Shown piece after piece: positions 40,337 to 54,311 of a stretch of DNA of 64,000 nucleotides. Numbering within the stretch: position 1 is the first letter of the stretch; each line of letters starts with the position of its first letter. Origin of the DNA: Octopus vulgaris (Eukaryota); contig OX597823.1 of the NCBI GenBank assembly GCA_951406725.2, positions 64,666,001 to 64,730,000 of the forward strand, in the 5' to 3' direction. The translations under genes were made by a program, and so were the position numbers. The notes below the pieces were generated by a model. The model worked only from the letters and a program-made list of their open reading frames with translations. It searched no databases and was not told the DNA's origin.

Positions 40337-40848
40337 CTATATATATAAAACTGTAGTTGTGTGAGTGTCTGTCCCCTTCAATTTAGATTCCTAACTACTC
40401 CCACATTTTGTGGTGCAGTTTAACCAAATTCGGGTATCTTATAGTCGTGATTCATATCGAGCCCGTCTGAGTATTAGCGCATGTCTACGATGAGTCTACG
40501 ATTTTTAAAATAATTTAACATCATTTTTTATTCCATTTTAATGCATAATTTTTCGTGTGTCGATGGCGGCGGAATTGGCGTCCATGGTCACACCTGCACC
40601 TGTTTGCTTCTTCCCCTTCTTCCCTCCCTCGTGAAGCTGTGGGGAAGGGAGTGTAAGGAAATCAACGTCGTAAAGCGTTGTCAAGGAGACCAGCGTTCTT
40701 TTAGAACAACGACTTCATGGTTTGAAGACACCAAAACAGAAATGGCTAAGAAAGCCCGAATTGGCATCTATAAGGGAAGTAACTCTCTAAAAATGCTTAT
40801 ATAGTTATTTCCCTTACAAACCCGAGCAACGCCGGGCGATACTGCTAG
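40337..40848 (+). mobile_element. Young non-autonomous Helitron
   Basis: TCTATATATATAAAA 5' end; 3' hairpin CCCGAGCAACGCCGGG then CTAG|T; CpG-rich. Confidence 0.85.
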
Positions 40849-41539
40849 TATATATATACATCATTAAATCTGGAAGACCAGTCTTATGAGCCTATGATTT
40901 GGGAAGAACCTTTGATCCTTTTCTTTGATTCAATGTGTATTTTTGCTTTGGTTTTTTTAAGATGGAAGTAGCAAATTCCCAGAATAACTAGAATCACTGG
41001 GCAGGCAATAGAAAGCAGGTAATGGAAAATCCTCTTTGTAGTCTTCATGGCTTTTGTCAGTGAAGTTACCAAAAATCTGATTTCTGTCTCACCCATATGA
41101 TGTTTATCTTTGTCTTATATAGAACATTAAATTATGTAGGTTCTTCTAACACAATCTCAGGCTGTGCCAATTCCTTGCTTCTCATTTCATGCCTTATACC
41201 TTGAATAAGGGTATATATCCCAAATGGGATATTTCCTCTCAGTGAGGAACAGTTTCAACTGACCAGGGTTTTACAGAACAAGGGTATACCATCTCCTTTT
41301 GAAGTGTGCATTATATAGCTTATTGGAACACAGGATGCCTTTGTTATGAAAACATTTTTTTTTCTAATCTTAAAGGAAGCAGTATTGATCCCATTGAAGC
41401 GTGAAATCAATATCCACCAGCATATGGAATATGCTCATACTGTCATTAATTCAAATAGCCTAATCAATAGAGACCAGCAGTGGCGATGGAAAATTCATAA
41501 TGCTTTTGCTGGATCAAAGGTGGGAAACTTTTGATTAGT

Positions 41540-43090
41540 TGGGCAATCTGATAGTGAGCAGAGACTGAAAAGAAGAAGGCAATGGTTAACAATTTTTTTT
41601 TTTCATTTTTGCCAACAAAATTTTACGGGCATGAAGAACACCATTAAAAGAATAATCAATATGAAGCTGTAAGGTGGAACTTCCTAGTTTGTGAGGCACC
41701 TATGCATTAACAGGACTAGAGCATCATCAGATCACTCAGAGTAGGTCTAGAGTTGGTGACACTGGTGGGTTAAAGCCTTGAGAAATTTTACCGCTTTTAC
41801 CAATTCTCAAGAAGGCCTTTCATTATTAAGCATGTATCTGACTCATACATTGTTTGCTTTCCAGACATTTTTACATTACTGCATGTACTTTATATGCACT
41901 TTCTGACAAGTTGTGGTGCACCTGAGCACTATATACAATAATTTCATTATTCATTATTAAGTTACTGATGTAACCAGCATCAAAAAGAAAGATTTGTGTT
42001 TTATAGGTGTGGATACAGCTGGAACTTATATTGTAGAAACAATGGCTCAAAGAAAACTAGACTTTGTGAAGATAGATAAAAATAGAATAAAAGTTGAGAT
42101 TCTGGGAATTTGTGAAATAAAGTGGACAGGAGGTGGGACACTTTTCTATGGCTTAATTACAAAATATGCTCCACAGAAAATGAGATACATTCAACAAATA
42201 GAGTGACAATGATGCTTAACAAAAATGTCAAGAGTATTGCATAGGATATGGTCGAATCTTAGCAGTGTGATCACAGGGATGATCTAGAAATTTTACTTTC
42301 TGTTCAATGACTTTAGAAACAAGGGAAGAAAGCAACGCAATTTCTTGAATCCCCTTCAGCCAGCAATCAATAATATTCTAAAAGGTGATGCATTCTTAAT
42401 TATATTTGATTTCAGTGCAAAAATTGAAGAGAATGAAGAATTAAATAGGGAAGATAAAATAAGGATTAAGAGCCAAGAATGAAGAGAGAACTAAATTTAC
42501 TGGGTTCTGTTCAGCACATGATGTATCTGAAGAGAAGATCTACATTGGTATTACTTGGCAAATAATGTAATAAAATTAATTATGTAGTCTCTGCTAAGAA
42601 AAAAAGAGAACTGTTCAGGCTGCCAATACTATGTTAAGAGGTTGATAATAAAAGAGTTCATTACCTGCTCATTTCTATGATCAAATTAAAACTGAAGAAA
42701 CTAGAAACAAAGGACCTGAGGGATACTATCTTCAGAATAACCTGAAAGCTATACTGAAGAAGTCAAAAACCCAAGTTGCAGTCATTAATAACATTGATGG
42801 ATATTCTAATGAGCCCCAGCAAGAATTGCAATAAATTGTCCCATAAGTAGCTAGAAATTACCTCTCATAAAACAAAGAAGAAATGCAAAGAAGACCGAAT
42901 AATGGACTTAGTGGATGGTGTTATGAAATTTGGAAGACTGAAAGGGAACTTAGTCATGCATAAAATAAAATAAAAAAGAACAATTATATAAAGAAGAAAA
43001 GTAAAGTGGAATGGAAAAAGAAAATCAAGAGAAAGAGAGGTTTAGGAACCATTCCAAGAAAACAGAATAAATTACTAGAAAATTTATCCT
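41540..43090 (+). mobile_element. Old RTE/BovB-like LINE 5' part (AP endonuclease)
   Basis: GTYIVETMAQRKLDFVK...ILGICEIKWTGGG resembles TWNVRTM..GKL..V...ILG.SE..WTG.G; many stops; interrupted by a CR1-like tail at ~41820-41960. Confidence 0.7.
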
Positions 43091-43099
43091 GACCCGTAC

Positions 43100-43635
43100 A
43101 CAAATGGAATGTTCTATATCCTTGTTCATACATATATACTAAATAGGTTGTAAGTGAAGCAAACTGGGTCTTTTAGACTCCGTAAGTGTAAAGAGGTATC
43201 GTTAATTTCTGTACGTATTCATGCATTAATAGTGTCAGATGCACATTTCTGGTAATATGAACGAAACCTGTTTATCAGTCGGTTAAGCAAATTTGAATTC
43301 CATATGTGTAACACTTATGGATATACTTACAAAATCATAAAACACAGCACCCATGACTTTTGAAAACATTTTTTTGCATGCTCAGAATTGCTGAAGCATG
43401 GAATGAACTCCCTGCATCAATTGTTAGTTGTCGGGACATGACATCCTTCAAAACTTTCATACTTCCTGAAATTTGCCAACAGTTCACCTGATGCCCCTCC
43501 CCCCTTTTTTTTATGTGATTTATTCACTGTTCAATTTCTGTGCATAATTCTATGTACTGTCCATGCACTTTCAGCTATCTTTTCTGATGAGTTGTAGTGT
43601 ACCTGAACATTGTATACAATAAGTTAATTATTATA
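43100..43635 (+). mobile_element. CR1-like LINE 3' fragment
   Basis: Degenerate NIFFA/RIAEAWNELPASIV; its 3' UTR is shared with ~10495-10710 and ~41820-41960. Confidence 0.65.
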
Positions 43636-43640
43636 TTATA

Positions 43641-44197
43641 CTAGCTGGCCCTATGCCATAAAAAATCATGGCTAATTGTAGTATTTTATATATAAATAAA
43701 GTACAAAACCAAGTTTTTAGTTTAACAATTCTTTTATTACCAAATTTTTTGTGAAAAATCTCTCTGCAACTAACATCCTTTGACTGCTTGTTTCCTTCAA
43801 AAGAATTTTTAAGTTCCTTCCTTCATGTATGACTTAAGGCCACATAAAGCTGGCTGTGGCTAAATACAGGATAGAATATGGATTGTAAATCAAATTAATA
43901 CACTTGTCAATGTTAACTAGTGGTTGTCTTTTGAGATGTGACAGCGATCATCGTTTGTTACTGAAAGAACACTGGTTCACACATACAAACATTCACACAC
44001 TTCCCTTGTACATGCACAGTCATGCATACATATACTCACACAGAGTTGAAACGCTGATCTTTTTTCCACCATACAATTTCCATCATTCCACTACCAAATT
44101 TGCCATTACCCCTTCCTTCTTTATTCATCTATCATCCCTTCCTTTCTCATTCATATGTTGTGACGGAGAAAAACACACGAGTATTATTATAGTAGAT
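43641..44197 (-). mobile_element. Helitron deletion derivative with helicase remnant
   Basis: TCTACTATAATAATACTC 5' end and CTAG 3' end on minus; ~43826-43870 encodes PVFSHSQLYVALSHT, matching the Helitron/Pif1 motif FSHGQLYVALSR. Confidence 0.8.
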
Positions 44198-47100
44198 TAT
44201 TATTTATGAACTTTCTATGGTGGCAAGCTGGCATAATCGTTAGCACGTTGGGCAAAATGCTAAGTGATGGAATCTGAGTTCAAATTCCAACGAGGACAAC
44301 TTTGCTCTTCGTCCTTTTGATGTTGATAAAATAAGTACTAGTTGAAAACTGGGGTTGATGTAATTGACTGATACCCTCCCCCAAGCTTGCTGGCCATGTG
44401 CTAAAATTCAGACTCATTATGTATGTACTTTCTATTAGGGTACAAGTCATCTTTATATTTCATCCTTTATTTAAGTCAAGTGAGATCACAGCCATGGCCA
44501 ATGTTTGTAACTGGTACCCATGCCAGTGGTATGTAAAAGGGTCTGCTACACTCTTGAAGTGGTTGGCATTAGGGAGGGCATCCAGCTGTAGATGCCATGC
44601 CAAATCAGATTGCAACCCAGTATAGTTCCCCAACTTACCAGTTTACAGTCAAACCATCTAACCCATGCCAGCATGGAAAATGGATGTTAAATGATGATGA
44701 TGATGATGAGGAGGAGGAGGAGGGTCAATATAAAAGTACCATTGGGGGCAGTGAATTGTTTAGAACATTGAATGGGCTCGTTGCAGCAGTGTTGGTTCTA
44801 GCTTATTGCATTCTGAGTTCAAATCTTACTATGGCCTACTTGGGGTGGTTGGGTTAATCTATCACCTGGTTTAAAACCTGGTTCTAGCTAGCACCCTAGG
44901 TGCCATTAGCAGAATCTATTTTGTTGTGAACATTCAGGTCAGCCAAGTCTCAAGTTTATAGATGCCTTCCTCTCTCCATTCCTATTAGTCATGGAGGCCT
45001 TGTAAATGGTCAAGAGCACTGCCTTATCTTTCTGACTAAAAGATAATAAATAAATGATAAAAATTACTAGCTGTTAGTGGTACCATTTGAACTCTTCATC
45101 TGGCAGTTTATAGATCAGTATCTTAACAAACCTGACACTTACTGGAACTCGGAGCCATTCATTATTCATTGCTTCTTGCCTTTAGTTTTATCACAAGAAA
45201 TTTTGGAAACTTTGGACAATATCATTTTTAGCCATATAGTAATGCTCTGTTCATTTCAGCAGCTGTGATATGACTTGGTTATGTGTTTGTTGAAAACTAA
45301 TATATATTATATCATATTATATTATATCATATATATATATATATATATGAATGTATGTATGTACATATGTATGAATATATGTATAAAATAAATGAAGAAA
45401 ATAAAAGAAAAACACCATTTTCTGGAAGCTTCTTTTATATCAGAACAGATTGCTTGAAAACAATTTCTTATCTTTGAAGACATTGACTGGGAGGCTTTAA
45501 TCACCTGCATGCTCAATTTTCACACCAGTTTCATTTCACCATTTCGCCATTTCACACTTCTTTCTTTTTCCTCTTCTTCTTCTCCTTCTTCAGTGGTTCA
45601 CTTTATCAATTCAGCAGCTTTCTTCTTGAAAGCACTGTCAGGAAAGTGTCAAAAATGAGACCAAAAAGAAAACAAAAAAAATAAACAAAACAAAAAAATT
45701 ACTAATAAAATAAAATGAAATAAAATAAACCGAAAAATAAACAAATAAAAGCCGTTCTCACTTTATTAAGAAACATTTATTCTCATACTCTGCCATCATT
45801 TACTGCTGTGGTGATACTTCTTTCACCTTCTCCTCAGCTCACTTTTCAGATATAAGATTATGTCTTTTAAGGTACCACAACTCATTTCTTTAATAACGTG
45901 TTGATTCCATGAATTATAGGTTTCTTCCTTTATGTATAATGGATCTTTCAGTCTTGTCACAACCAGCAATAATGGAATGGAATTTTAATCAAGTAAATAT
46001 CCCAGAAGAAATACCTGTGGGGGATTTGAATTCAAGACCAATGAGCTTGTTGTCCAATAGTCTATTTACATTGCTAAACTGGGGTGCAGCACCCTGCTAG
46101 AAATAGATACCAAATTTCCTTATATCATATCCAACCACTGTTTCAAAAAGAAAGGAAGGACAGATTGGATCATATAATCGGAGATACACTTTCATAGCAA
46201 AAAATTAGGGTGGTACTAAATGGAAGAACTTCAATCATTGGTCTGCTCAGTAAGGTAAAATCTGGAACTCAACAACATCATCATCAACAACTGAAGAAGA
46301 CCCCCTTTGGTCACATATGACCATGGGTTTGTACCTAGAAAGTTCCCCTCCTAGGCAAGGTTGTTTATGAAAGACCAGCAGTCCCCCATGCATACCAGTC
46401 TCCCGTCTCCACACCACCGATGTTATCCAAGGGATAAGGCAGAGGCCGATTCAGCTTGGCACCAGTAATATCACAACGCATTTCTACATTGAGTGAAGTG
46501 GAGCAAAGTGAAATAAAATGTCTTGCTCAAGGACACAACACACAGCCCAGTCTGGGAATGAAACTCACAATTCATCTACGACAACAGCAATAATATTAAC
46601 CACAACAAAACACCACAAACTAGATAATGAGGGAATCTCATTGAAGTTGTTCAGCCTGCTGGAAAAAGATGCCAAAAATCTCATTGGAAACACAAAATGT
46701 TGTCATTAAAAGCTGACGATCATATTAAATATTTTAATCATAAATGTCTTAACCTTTTCGTTACGAATCCGGCTGAAACCACCTCTGGCTCTGTAGTACA
46801 AATGTTTTAGTCACAATTTACTTTCCTAACACTAGCTGAATGATGACTAAGTTATTTTACTAAATTCTTTGTTATATTTAAAGTTATTGAAAGAAACACA
46901 GAACATCTCAAAATAAATGTGGTAATGAAAAGGTTAAAAACAAGGGATTGTCACAATTGGATTGCATTTGAGTACTGATCCAGTTTATACGGGTTGACAT
47001 AGGACTATAACACTATAGTATTAAAAATAATTCTTTACAGCAGTCACTGATATCATTGACAGTAAGGCAGTGATTTCAACATCAGTTATAATGCCTATTA

Positions 47101-47637
47101 GTGTTTCCACAGCCCTTTGTGCTTGGTACTCAAATCCCTCAACAGTTGACTTTGGCTTTGGTATTTCCAGGATACAACAAATTACCAGTCAAATACTGGA
47201 TTTATTCTTCTTTCTCTCCTTCTCTCTTTGTCTGTCTTTCACTCATTCTCTTTCTCTGTCTATCTGTCTATCTCTCTATCTGTCTATGTAGCTATCTGTC
47301 TGTCTGTCTGTCTCTATCTGTGAACTAAGAAAAAAACCACTTGATGCAATGGAGAAGTGACACTTCTCATGTGCTCTTTCGTATTCTCTCTGTTATTACA
47401 TGTTTGTGTGTGTGTGTGTGTGTGTGTGTCCCTTTGTCTGGACATTGCAAAGTAGTTGTAAATGAATGTCAGTGTCATACAAGCAGTGTCATCTACTTCT
47501 AGCATGGACATGGGGAAATATTTACCTCACTTGGAAACAAGTGAAGGTTGACAGTAGGAGAGACATCTAGCTGTAGAAAATCTACCTCAGTACACTCCAC
47601 CTAATCCATGCAGGTTACATTATATTATATTATGTTA

Positions 47638-47960
<323 letters not shown>

Positions 47961-48415
47961 ACATATGCATACTCAATGGGGTGCTGAAAAATTCCTGGAT
48001 TTGAGTAAAAGAAAAGGGTCAGTTAATTATGATCATATTCAACAATTTCTTCTCTCAGATTCACACACTTATAGCAGCAGTCCTTCAGTTTTCATAAGCC
48101 CTGTAAAAGAACTTGAATGGTTGGGCCTCCTTTCAAGGCCTTTTGCAATACCCAAAAGCCAGGAACTTGTTAGCACTTCCTTGTCCATATACAATATATG
48201 TATATATATATATATATATATATGGTTAATGAGATAGATGGAAGATAGAAGATACGAGAATGTTTACTGATCACCACAGTTGTTTTGAGCCACCTAGCAT
48301 CGATCCCTCATGGGGTGAGATAATTGACAACTGATGACACCTGCGTAATCTGGACAGCATTTTAAAATTTCCGTATTCTCTTTAACCCAGGGAACACCAG
48401 GGATTTCTGCTAGTA

Positions 48416-48478
<63 letters not shown>

Positions 48479-48701
48479 TATGAATAATGAAGACTTAATA
48501 CATAAATTAATTTATATTTTAGATATTAAAATTATTAAAAATATAATTAATTATAATTAATTATATTTAATAATTGTTAATATCTAAATAATATAAATTA
48601 ATTTATTTTTAATCTTATGTTTATTTCATATATTTAATTTAATATATATATTTTACTATAAAATTGGATTCAATCCTATCTATTTTTCCCTGTAAGTTTG
48701 G

Positions 48702-48793
<92 letters not shown>

Positions 48794-48926
48794 GGAGAGA
48801 GAGAGAGAGAAAAGAGATACACACAAAACACATCGATATAACACATATACATACATCTGCACACTATCAGTTACTTTACTCCTAACTATGTTACATTCTC
48901 ACAATGTTTTCTGGATTATTTTGTAG

Positions 48927-49066
48927 GTTTTAACTGTTCATGGTTGGTGTGAAGAACCAGCTGTTCAACTTGACAATGATAAAAAGCTTTATTTGAAACC
49001 AACATGCATTGGAACCAAATCTGAAGCTCTATATTCGTTTAAGAATGTAACCAGCAAAGTCCTCTG
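48927..49066 (+). CDS. CFAP65: Next internal coding exon of CFAP65
   Basis: Acceptor TTTTGTAG|, donor CTG|GTAAGT. 46 codons + 2 nt: VLTVHGWCEEPAVQLDNDKKLYLKPTCIGTKSEALYSFKNVTSKVL. Resembles the recalled CFAP65 EEPLQLKLDTHKSLYFKPTWVG...FRNPSRLPL. Colinear and in frame with 25064-25202. Confidence 0.88.
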
Positions 49067-49333
49067 GTAAGTTAACTATTTACAAACAATCCTTCAGTTA
49101 TCATCATCATCATCATCATCCTTATCATCATCGACACCATCGTTGTCATCATCTTCACCATCATTGTCATTATTATCATCATCATCATCATCATTGTCAT
49201 AATCATTGTCATCATCATCATCCTTTTAACATCTACTCTTCCATGCTTGCATGGGGAACATGATTTTATTCAGACAGATTTTCTTTTGTCTGGATGCTCT
49301 TCCTGTTGCCCAACTTCACCAGTTTTCAAGCAA

Positions 49334-49760
49334 ACTTAGAATAACTTAGAAAGGTTTTGGCCAGTATTGGCCCAGGTCATGTCTAAATTAATAGCACCAC
49401 CTGGTGAAGTCTTTCAATTCAGGATTTGGACACCAAGGCCCATTCGAGCAGAGAGTTATTGTTTACGGAGACATATCCGGGTGTGGGTGGTTTGTCCGGG
49501 ACTGTTTGAAGGAATTTGTCCAAAGACTTCTTGAAATGCGATTTAGATTTTTGTTGTGGACCGATGGCACGTGGCCCAAGCCTTGGATGTATTTTGAAGG
49601 TGATGCCAACATCATTCGGACAGTGCTGATGGAATATTTTCCACATCATACAGATAATGTAGCATTCACGGCGTCATTGGAGTAAATACAGTTTCAGCTT
49701 CTCTAGTCTACCCCAGTAGTCAAGGTCTGACATGCCATCTATCTTTTTTCACTGCTATCT
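49334..49760 (-). mobile_element. CR1-clade LINE 3' fragment (related to 53120-54182)
   Basis: MWKIFHQHCPNDVGITFKIHPRLGPRA...PDKPP parallels the 303-aa ORF; similar CTAAGTT tail; internal deletion. Confidence 0.85.
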
Positions 49761-49899
49761 TTTTCACATCTATCTTTTTTCACTGCTTTTATGATTATGA
49801 TGTTCATACAAATATCATATAATATCAAGGCGTACAGACGCATACATGTATATGTAATATAATAATATATTATATGTGTGTGTATATATATATATATAT

Positions 49900-50167
49900 C
49901 AATTTATGAGTTAGAGTTTATGCAACCATCTAAGCGATAAATGTATCCATAGGCACTGGGCTTTCTCCGTCCGGGTTGCGGATCCGTGGAATTAGCTGCC
50001 AGACGAGATGGTGAAGATGCCGACGACCGCTCGGTTCAAAGTCTCCTTTGACCTCAAGTGGCTTGAACTCTTTACATGAACACCACCCTGTGCATAACTC
50101 CATGTCCCCCTACATGGCCTTGCTTTTTGCTTTTTGAGCCCAAAAATTAACTAACTAACTAACTAAC
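49900..50167 (+). mobile_element. Possible non-LTR 3' end with (TAAC)n tail
   Basis: GC/CpG-rich segment ending in AAAAATTAACTAACTAACTAACTAAC; family not recognised. Confidence 0.35.
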
Positions 50168-50849
50168 ATCACTATGTATAGGCCTTGCTATAAGGTTAAC
50201 AGTAGTTGGTAATTTAAGTGGTAAAACTGTGGTTTAATATGTCCAGATAAGAAAAGAACTGGAGCAATAAGTGGGGAAAATGACTAGTTGACCAGCGGTG
50301 TCTGTTGAAGGAGTTATACCTGGTGGTAATATCTGGTGTTGTTAATTGTAATATCTAATGCTGTTTGTGACTGCTAGATAAGTTCCTATGATTGCAAACA
50401 ATGCCCTAAGGACTGCAAATAATGTCCTAAGGATACTTTTAAAAAGTTAGTGTGATATAATGTATAAATTCGGGTTATGTAAAAGGTATAATAATAAATA
50501 TATAAAAAAAAACATGTTATGGGTGGCACAGGATATCTACTCGTTAATATAATTAAAAACCAATACAGTCAGCTAGGACAAGCTAAATCACTTATTTAAT
50601 TATGTTTATGTTAGTGGCCACCCTAGCAATTGCTATGTTAGTCAGCATTCTAACTTTAAAGTAAATATATTGTAGAGAATTATATGTCCTGGTGTACATT
50701 GCAGAGTTAAGATAGATAATTCAGTTAATCAGGGTAATTTAATTTAATTGTGATGTGATGTTAAATTATGCTCTGTGGTAAGGGGGAGGGTTAGGGGAGG
50801 TAATCAGATGTTAGGCAGGTCAGCTAATAACCTGTAATGTAGGTATTAG

Positions 50850-51270
50850 TGGTATTTACAGAATAAGAATTTATCTTTATGTAAACATGTTGGATTCTTC
50901 TCGTCTCGTTTATTAAGTAATTATGATTTGGCCATTAAAATGAAGAATTTCTCATTTATGCATAAATTACAGCGATTATTTTAAAGGCTATATGGAGATA
51001 TTTTGGCCTGGATATGCCATTATAATCTATAATTAATGTTATTGTCTTTCAGTTCCCAGATGTAACTACACAATCCGGTAGAGTTAGCCTTCTATTTCTG
51101 AAACTTGAGCAATGGGAATTATATCGAATTTTCATTTCATTTTTAGTTGCTCCTATATTAGTTTTCTTGTAATCATTGGGGAATACATCACATTGGTAGA
51201 TTACATTTTTAGTTCCACATTCATTCAAGAAATTCACCAGTATTTTTATGTATGCGACCACATAAATTAG
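50850..51270 (-). mobile_element. Degenerate Penelope-like element, GIY-YIG region
   Basis: ECGTKNVIYQCDV..TNIGAT..KIRYNSHCSSFRN/STGLCSYIWELKD..RCNLCINEKFFIL..LLNKRDE..CLHK. Confidence 0.85.
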
Positions 51271-51719
51271 TAAGATTAACTGTGTCTATGATATGGTGGG
51301 GGGATTATCATTTATAAGGAGGTTGTCCAAAATTTTAGAGGGCGAGTTATTTGGGGGATCACTTATTATATCAATCGATTGGTTGTTGTGCTTTTTATTG
51401 TTATTCTTCCTAGTTTCATAGAAGGCATCTATGCCCTAGCATGGCCACAGTCCAATGCCTGAAACAAATAAAAGATAAAAGAGAATACATGGTACTACAT
51501 TATCCATTATGCCTTTTCTTTTTCCTGTATGTTAGGGGAGTAATTTTAGAGAGTTTTCAGCAGGTTCAATGATGCAAAAGGGTCACTTGTTGGTTATCTT
51601 TCATTTAATACATGTACATTTTGTACTCACTCTTTATTTTAAAGAAAGCATTGCTTAATTTGTGCTGTGGATTGGTAGAATCATTAGAGTAATTGATTTC
51701 AAACAGTGCACTGTAGTGC

Positions 51720-52763
51720 ATAGCAGTGCACTTGTGTGCTACAAGGGATATCGAAGTGCATTGCAGATTTTAAAAATATATTTTAATGCTTTGGAAACAT
51801 CCACACTAATGTTAGATGACTTTAGAAGGGGTATGATGAATAATACAAGCCAAGCAATAGTTTTGTATATTTTTTTCTATATTCGTAGCTCCAGAGCAGT
51901 TGTAAGTTCCTTTTACAGTTCCGCATGATGTGCACCAGAATGTTTTTTTATATTTTTTTCATTCTGTATCAAAAAGGATCAAGTGTAGCTGCATTACTTA
52001 AATGAAAAAAATGCCACAGGATCTGGCTATGGTTTTATGGGTACAACATTTGTCAGTGTCAAAATTTGCCATAGCACTGCACTTGTGTGCTACAAAGAAT
52101 ATCTAAGTGCATTGCAGATTTTAAAAATATATTTTAATGCTTTGGAAACATCTACACTAATGTTTGATAACCTTAGAAGGGGTATGATAAATAATATAAG
52201 CCAAGCAATAGTTTTGCATATTTATTCTATATTTTTAACTTCAGAGCAGTTGCATGTTTCTTTTACAATTCTGATTGATGTGCACCAGAATGTTTTTAAT
52301 TCTTTTTTATTCTGTATCAGAAAAAGGTCAAGTGCTACGACATTACTTAAATGAACAAAATGCCACAGGATCTAGTTATGGTTTTATGGATACAATATTT
52401 GTCATTGTCAAAATTTACCATAGCAGTGCACTTGTGTGCTACAAAGAACATCTAAATGCATTTCAAATTTTACAAATATATTTTAAGGCTTGGAAAAAAA
52501 CCACATTAACGTTTGATGACCTTAGATGAATAATACAACCGAGCAATAGTTTTGTATATTTTTTCTATATCTTTAACTTCAGAGCAGTTGCACGTTTCTT
52601 TTACAGTTCTGCGTGATGTGCGCCAATATGTTTTTTAAGTTGTTTTTTTTTTTTAATTCTGTGTCAAAAAAGATGAAGTACAACATTACTTAAATGAACA
52701 AAATGCCATAGGATCTGGTCATGGTTCCATGAGTACAAATGCTGTAGGTGTCAAAATTTGCCA
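51720..52763. repeat. ~350-bp tandem repeat, 3 copies
   Basis: TAGCA(G/C)TGCACTTGTGTGCTACAA at 51721, 52072 and 52421. Confidence 0.92.
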
Positions 52764-53119
52764 GTCATTATTCAGGCTTGACATGCAAAAGAAAAAAAAT
52801 CTGGTTGGTTGAACAATTTAATATGTTCATAATGCATTGTAGTTGTGAATAGAATTATGACAGAAGATGAATTGTTACCACCAGCTTTTCACAAGATTAT
52901 AATGTTCCTTCACTGTCTCCTTATATCTAAGTATCTATGTCTGTCTGTCCTTCTATCTATCACTCACTGTATCTCACTCTTTCACACACACACACACTCG
53001 AGTATGATTAGATGTGATTGCTGCACGGTAATTAAATAACATAGGTTTCAACTTTAAGATCAATTATATTAAAATCCTATCATTGTTTATGCATACAGAT
53101 TGTCCACATATATATAAAA

Positions 53120-54182
53120 TTAGACTTAGATAAACTTAGATATGTTTCGACCAGAGATTGGTCCAGGCCATGTCTAACTTAATAGCACCACCTGATAGGA
53201 TTATTCGAATCCTGTTTAAGTCAAGTTTTGTTCAAGTAGTGAGTTCTTGTTGGGTGAGTTGTATCCAGTTTTGTTCAAGTAGTGAGTTCTTGTTGGATGA
53301 GTTGTATCCAATTATGGGTGGCTTATCTGGTATTCTTTGAAGGAATCTATCCAGACTCTGTTTGAAGTTGATGGGATCCTTTTCCTCTTTGATCTCCCTC
53401 GGGACAATGTTAAATAGGGCAGGGCCTGTTGAGGAAAAGAAATTATGTTGCAGTGTACATGTATGTTGTGATCTTGAATTTGGCAGGGGACGTATAGCCC
53501 GTGGTCCAAGTCTCGGATGAACCTTGAAGCTAATGTTTAGGTCGTTTGGGCAAAGTTGGCGGTATATTTTCCACATCGTACAAATGATGTACCGCTCACG
53601 GCGACGCTGGAGGGAGTAAAGTTTCAAGGCTTTAAGGCGATCCCAATAGTCGAGAGCAGCCATGCCTTCAATTTGTTTAGTGAGAGCCCTCTGGGGTGAC
53701 TCAATTCTGGAGATGTTTTGTCTTGTGTGAGGAGACCACAGTGGGCAGCAGTATTCGAGGTGTGGCCGTACAAAGGATGAAAAAAGTGGTATGATGACAT
53801 GTTCTCTGGACCGGAAAGTTCTTAAGATCCAGGAACTCATCCTACGAGCTGTATCGACCTTCTTGTTGATGTGTGCACTCCAACTGAGATCGTCATCAAC
53901 AATTATACCCAGGTCTCTGATATTGTTAGAGGCTGTGAGCGGATCCCCTGAAGGAAGAGAGTATGGTTGTTTTAGTGAGGAATTTCTTCCAAAATGCATC
54001 AGCTCAAATTTTCCCTCATTCAGTTGCATTTTGTTTCTGTCTGCCCATTGACTCACAGCATATAGGTCAGACTGGAGTTGAGTTCGGTCTGCTTCTTCAT
54101 TGACGATTTGCTGGAGCTTAGTGTCATCAGCGAATATTTTCACTTTGCAGTGATGTACGACACTGGAAAGGTCGTTTACATA
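53120..54182 (-). mobile_element. 5'-truncated CR1-clade LINE with uninterrupted RT C-terminal ORF
   Basis: YVNDL..KIFADDTKL (YADD motif), RPHLEYCCPLWSP, LKLYSLQRRRER; ORF 53232-54143; short repeat tail near 53121-53141. Confidence 0.92.
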
Positions 54183-54277
54183 AATTATGTAAATTACATA
54201 TATATATATACATATATATATATATGTGTGTGTGTGTGTGTTTTACATATATATATATATATCAGAAATATTAAATT

Positions 54278-54311
<34 letters not shown>

